A stretch of 63,871 nt of DNA, the filler included, from Octopus bimaculoides (lineage: Eukaryota): NCBI RefSeq assembly GCF_001194135.2. It is 7 parts of 7 records of this genome, joined end to end, with 100 filler letters (N's around TTAATTAATTAA, not from the genome) between each part and the next. Parts side by side here need not be neighbours in the genome. Positions count along the whole stretch, not along the records: positions 60,291 to 62,583 come from NW_026378019.1; positions 62,684 to 63,871 come from NC_069004.1; 5 more parts are not named here. One strand, written 5' to 3'. Shown here in pieces: positions 61,980-63,871 of this stretch (the stretch's first letter is position 1; each line of letters starts with the position of its first letter). Both the position numbers and the translations under genes were made by a program. Below the pieces are notes generated by a model that was not told where the DNA came from, did not search any database, and was given only the letters and a program-made list of their open reading frames with translations.

Positions 61980-62092
61980 CACTTTCACTCTCTCGCTCTC
62001 TTCTTCTTATTTTTTTCTTCCACCTCTCTATCTCTTTCTCTTTCTCTATCTCTCTCTCTATCTCTATCTCTATCTCTCTCTTTCTCTCTCTC

Positions 62093-62150
<58 letters not shown>

Positions 62151-62448
62151 GCTGGTCACGTCAGTCTCATAAATTTTTCTTCTAGCATTCCATACAACCA
62201 AATAGAAAAAAAGCACGCGAATACATATACAAACACATTCAGACACACACACATATATATACACATACACACACACATACACATATATATATACATATAT
62301 ACATATACATATATATATATATGTATATGTATGTATATGTACACGCATATATATGCGTACATATATTCGTGTATGTATATATATACATATGCGCATAGAG
62401 ATATATACGTATAAATATATAGATATACATACGTACACATATAGAAAC

Positions 62449-62489
<41 letters not shown>

Positions 62490-62683
62490 TACATACATAT
62501 GTGTATATACATAAATATAGATAGACAGATAGGTCCTAAAACATACATACGCATACATACACACATACATGCACACATACATANNNNNNNNNNNNNNNNN
62601 NNNNNNNNNNNNNNNNNNNNNNNNNNNTTAATTAATTAANNNNNNNNNNNNNNNNNNNNNNNNNNNNNNNNNNNNNNNNNNNN

Positions 62684-62739
<56 letters not shown>

Positions 62740-63027
62740 ACAAAGAAGAAGAGTTATATAAATCAGTGTCCCAGCATGGCCGCGGTCCAGTGAGTGAAAC
62801 CAGTCCAAGTAAACGATTAAGTAACACTGAATAATTTCTAGTTCATAATCATGGACATATCATTTGCATATCGTTTGCATATCGTTTGCATATCATTTGC
62901 ATATCGTTTACATTTAAGGGGAGAGGCGCAGTTCTTAGAAGATCTATATACCACACATACACACACACACACATCTGTATATGCACAGGCACTCACAAAC
63001 ATACATACACTCGCGCACATATGCACA

Positions 63028-63063
<36 letters not shown>

Positions 63064-63520
63064 CATATAGACGCGCAAAAACACACACACACACGCGCGC
63101 GCGCGCGCGCGCGCACATACACTCTCTCACACACACTCACATACACATACATTCTCTCTCTCTCACACACCTCTCTCACACACACAGTCTCTCTCTCTCT
63201 CTTTCTCTCACTCACACACACTCATTCACACACTCACTCACACACACACACACACTCATTCACACACTCACTCACACACACACACATCCTCTCTCTCATT
63301 CACACACACACACACACACACACACGTTCCCTCTCTCTCTCTCTTACACACACATTTTATCTCTCACTCTCTCTCACTCACACACACATTCTCTCTCTCA
63401 CTCTCTTCCTCTCTATCTCACTCTCTTCCACTCTCTCTCACTCTCGTCCTATCTCTCTCTCTCACTCTCGTCCTATCTCTCTCTCTCTCTCTCTCTGTCA
63501 CACACACACACACTGATCTT
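61980..63520. repeat. Compound (CT)n, (TA/CA)n and (CA/CT)n microsatellite fields
   Basis: Read directly; similar tracts flank most N gaps in the window. Confidence 0.9.
62857..62911 (+). repeat. Five-unit 11-bp tandem repeat ATATC(A/G)TTTGC
   Basis: Read directly; contains ATTTGCAT at 62862 and 62895. Confidence 0.85.
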
Positions 63521-63871
63521 TTGAATAATATCTTAACTCACGCCACATTCCACCATTTCTTGCAATCACTATGGTCACAAAAGCTTTCATTGCTAACAAC
63601 CAATCCTTTTAATTCAAAAACGAGATTTCAGCGCCTGAGAAAATCGTTCAGTGAATGAGATTTTGTTTTTCTTTCATAGGCTTTTTTTTTTTAATTTTTA
63701 TTTTCATTTTCTTTAATATTCTATTTTCGTCTAACACCTGCCCAACAACCCATGCGAAACCAACCAACCGGATAAATGAGAGTATTGTTACAAACTATAT
63801 TTTTGTAAAACTCAATTGGTGTGAAACTTCCTGTTATGCAACATACAAACTATATATATATATATATATAT

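Overview
AT-rich, microsatellite-saturated animal genomic DNA with many N gaps. The SINE families, (CA)/(TA)/(AAT) tracts and clustered zinc-finger genes point to a coleoid cephalopod, probably Octopus (inference). Six exact 100-nt spacers (44 N + TTAATTAATTAA + 44 N) are artificial joins, so adjacency across them is not guaranteed. Only two intact host protein-coding regions are visible, both minus-strand C2H2 zinc-finger CDSs with no effector domain: 10 fingers (9176-10030) and 16 fingers (18733-20076). The rest is a mosaic of decayed mobile DNA: L1/Tx1-type, R4/Dong-like, RTE and Penelope-like retroelements, a gypsy gag remnant, a solo LTR, mariner/maT transposons, several MITEs and at least four SINE families. 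Most notable: (1) a tRNA-headed element carrying a minimal hammerhead ribozyme, one copy abutting a Penelope GIY-YIG ORF end and one inserted as a fold-back with a 14-bp TSD; (2) a 223-bp MITE with an 8-bp TSD and inward (CCCTAA)n/(TTAGGG)n arms upstream of the 10-finger gene; (3) an alternating, 6-bp-periodic specificity pattern in fingers 2-6 of the 16-finger protein, speculatively compatible with a telomere-like hexamer.
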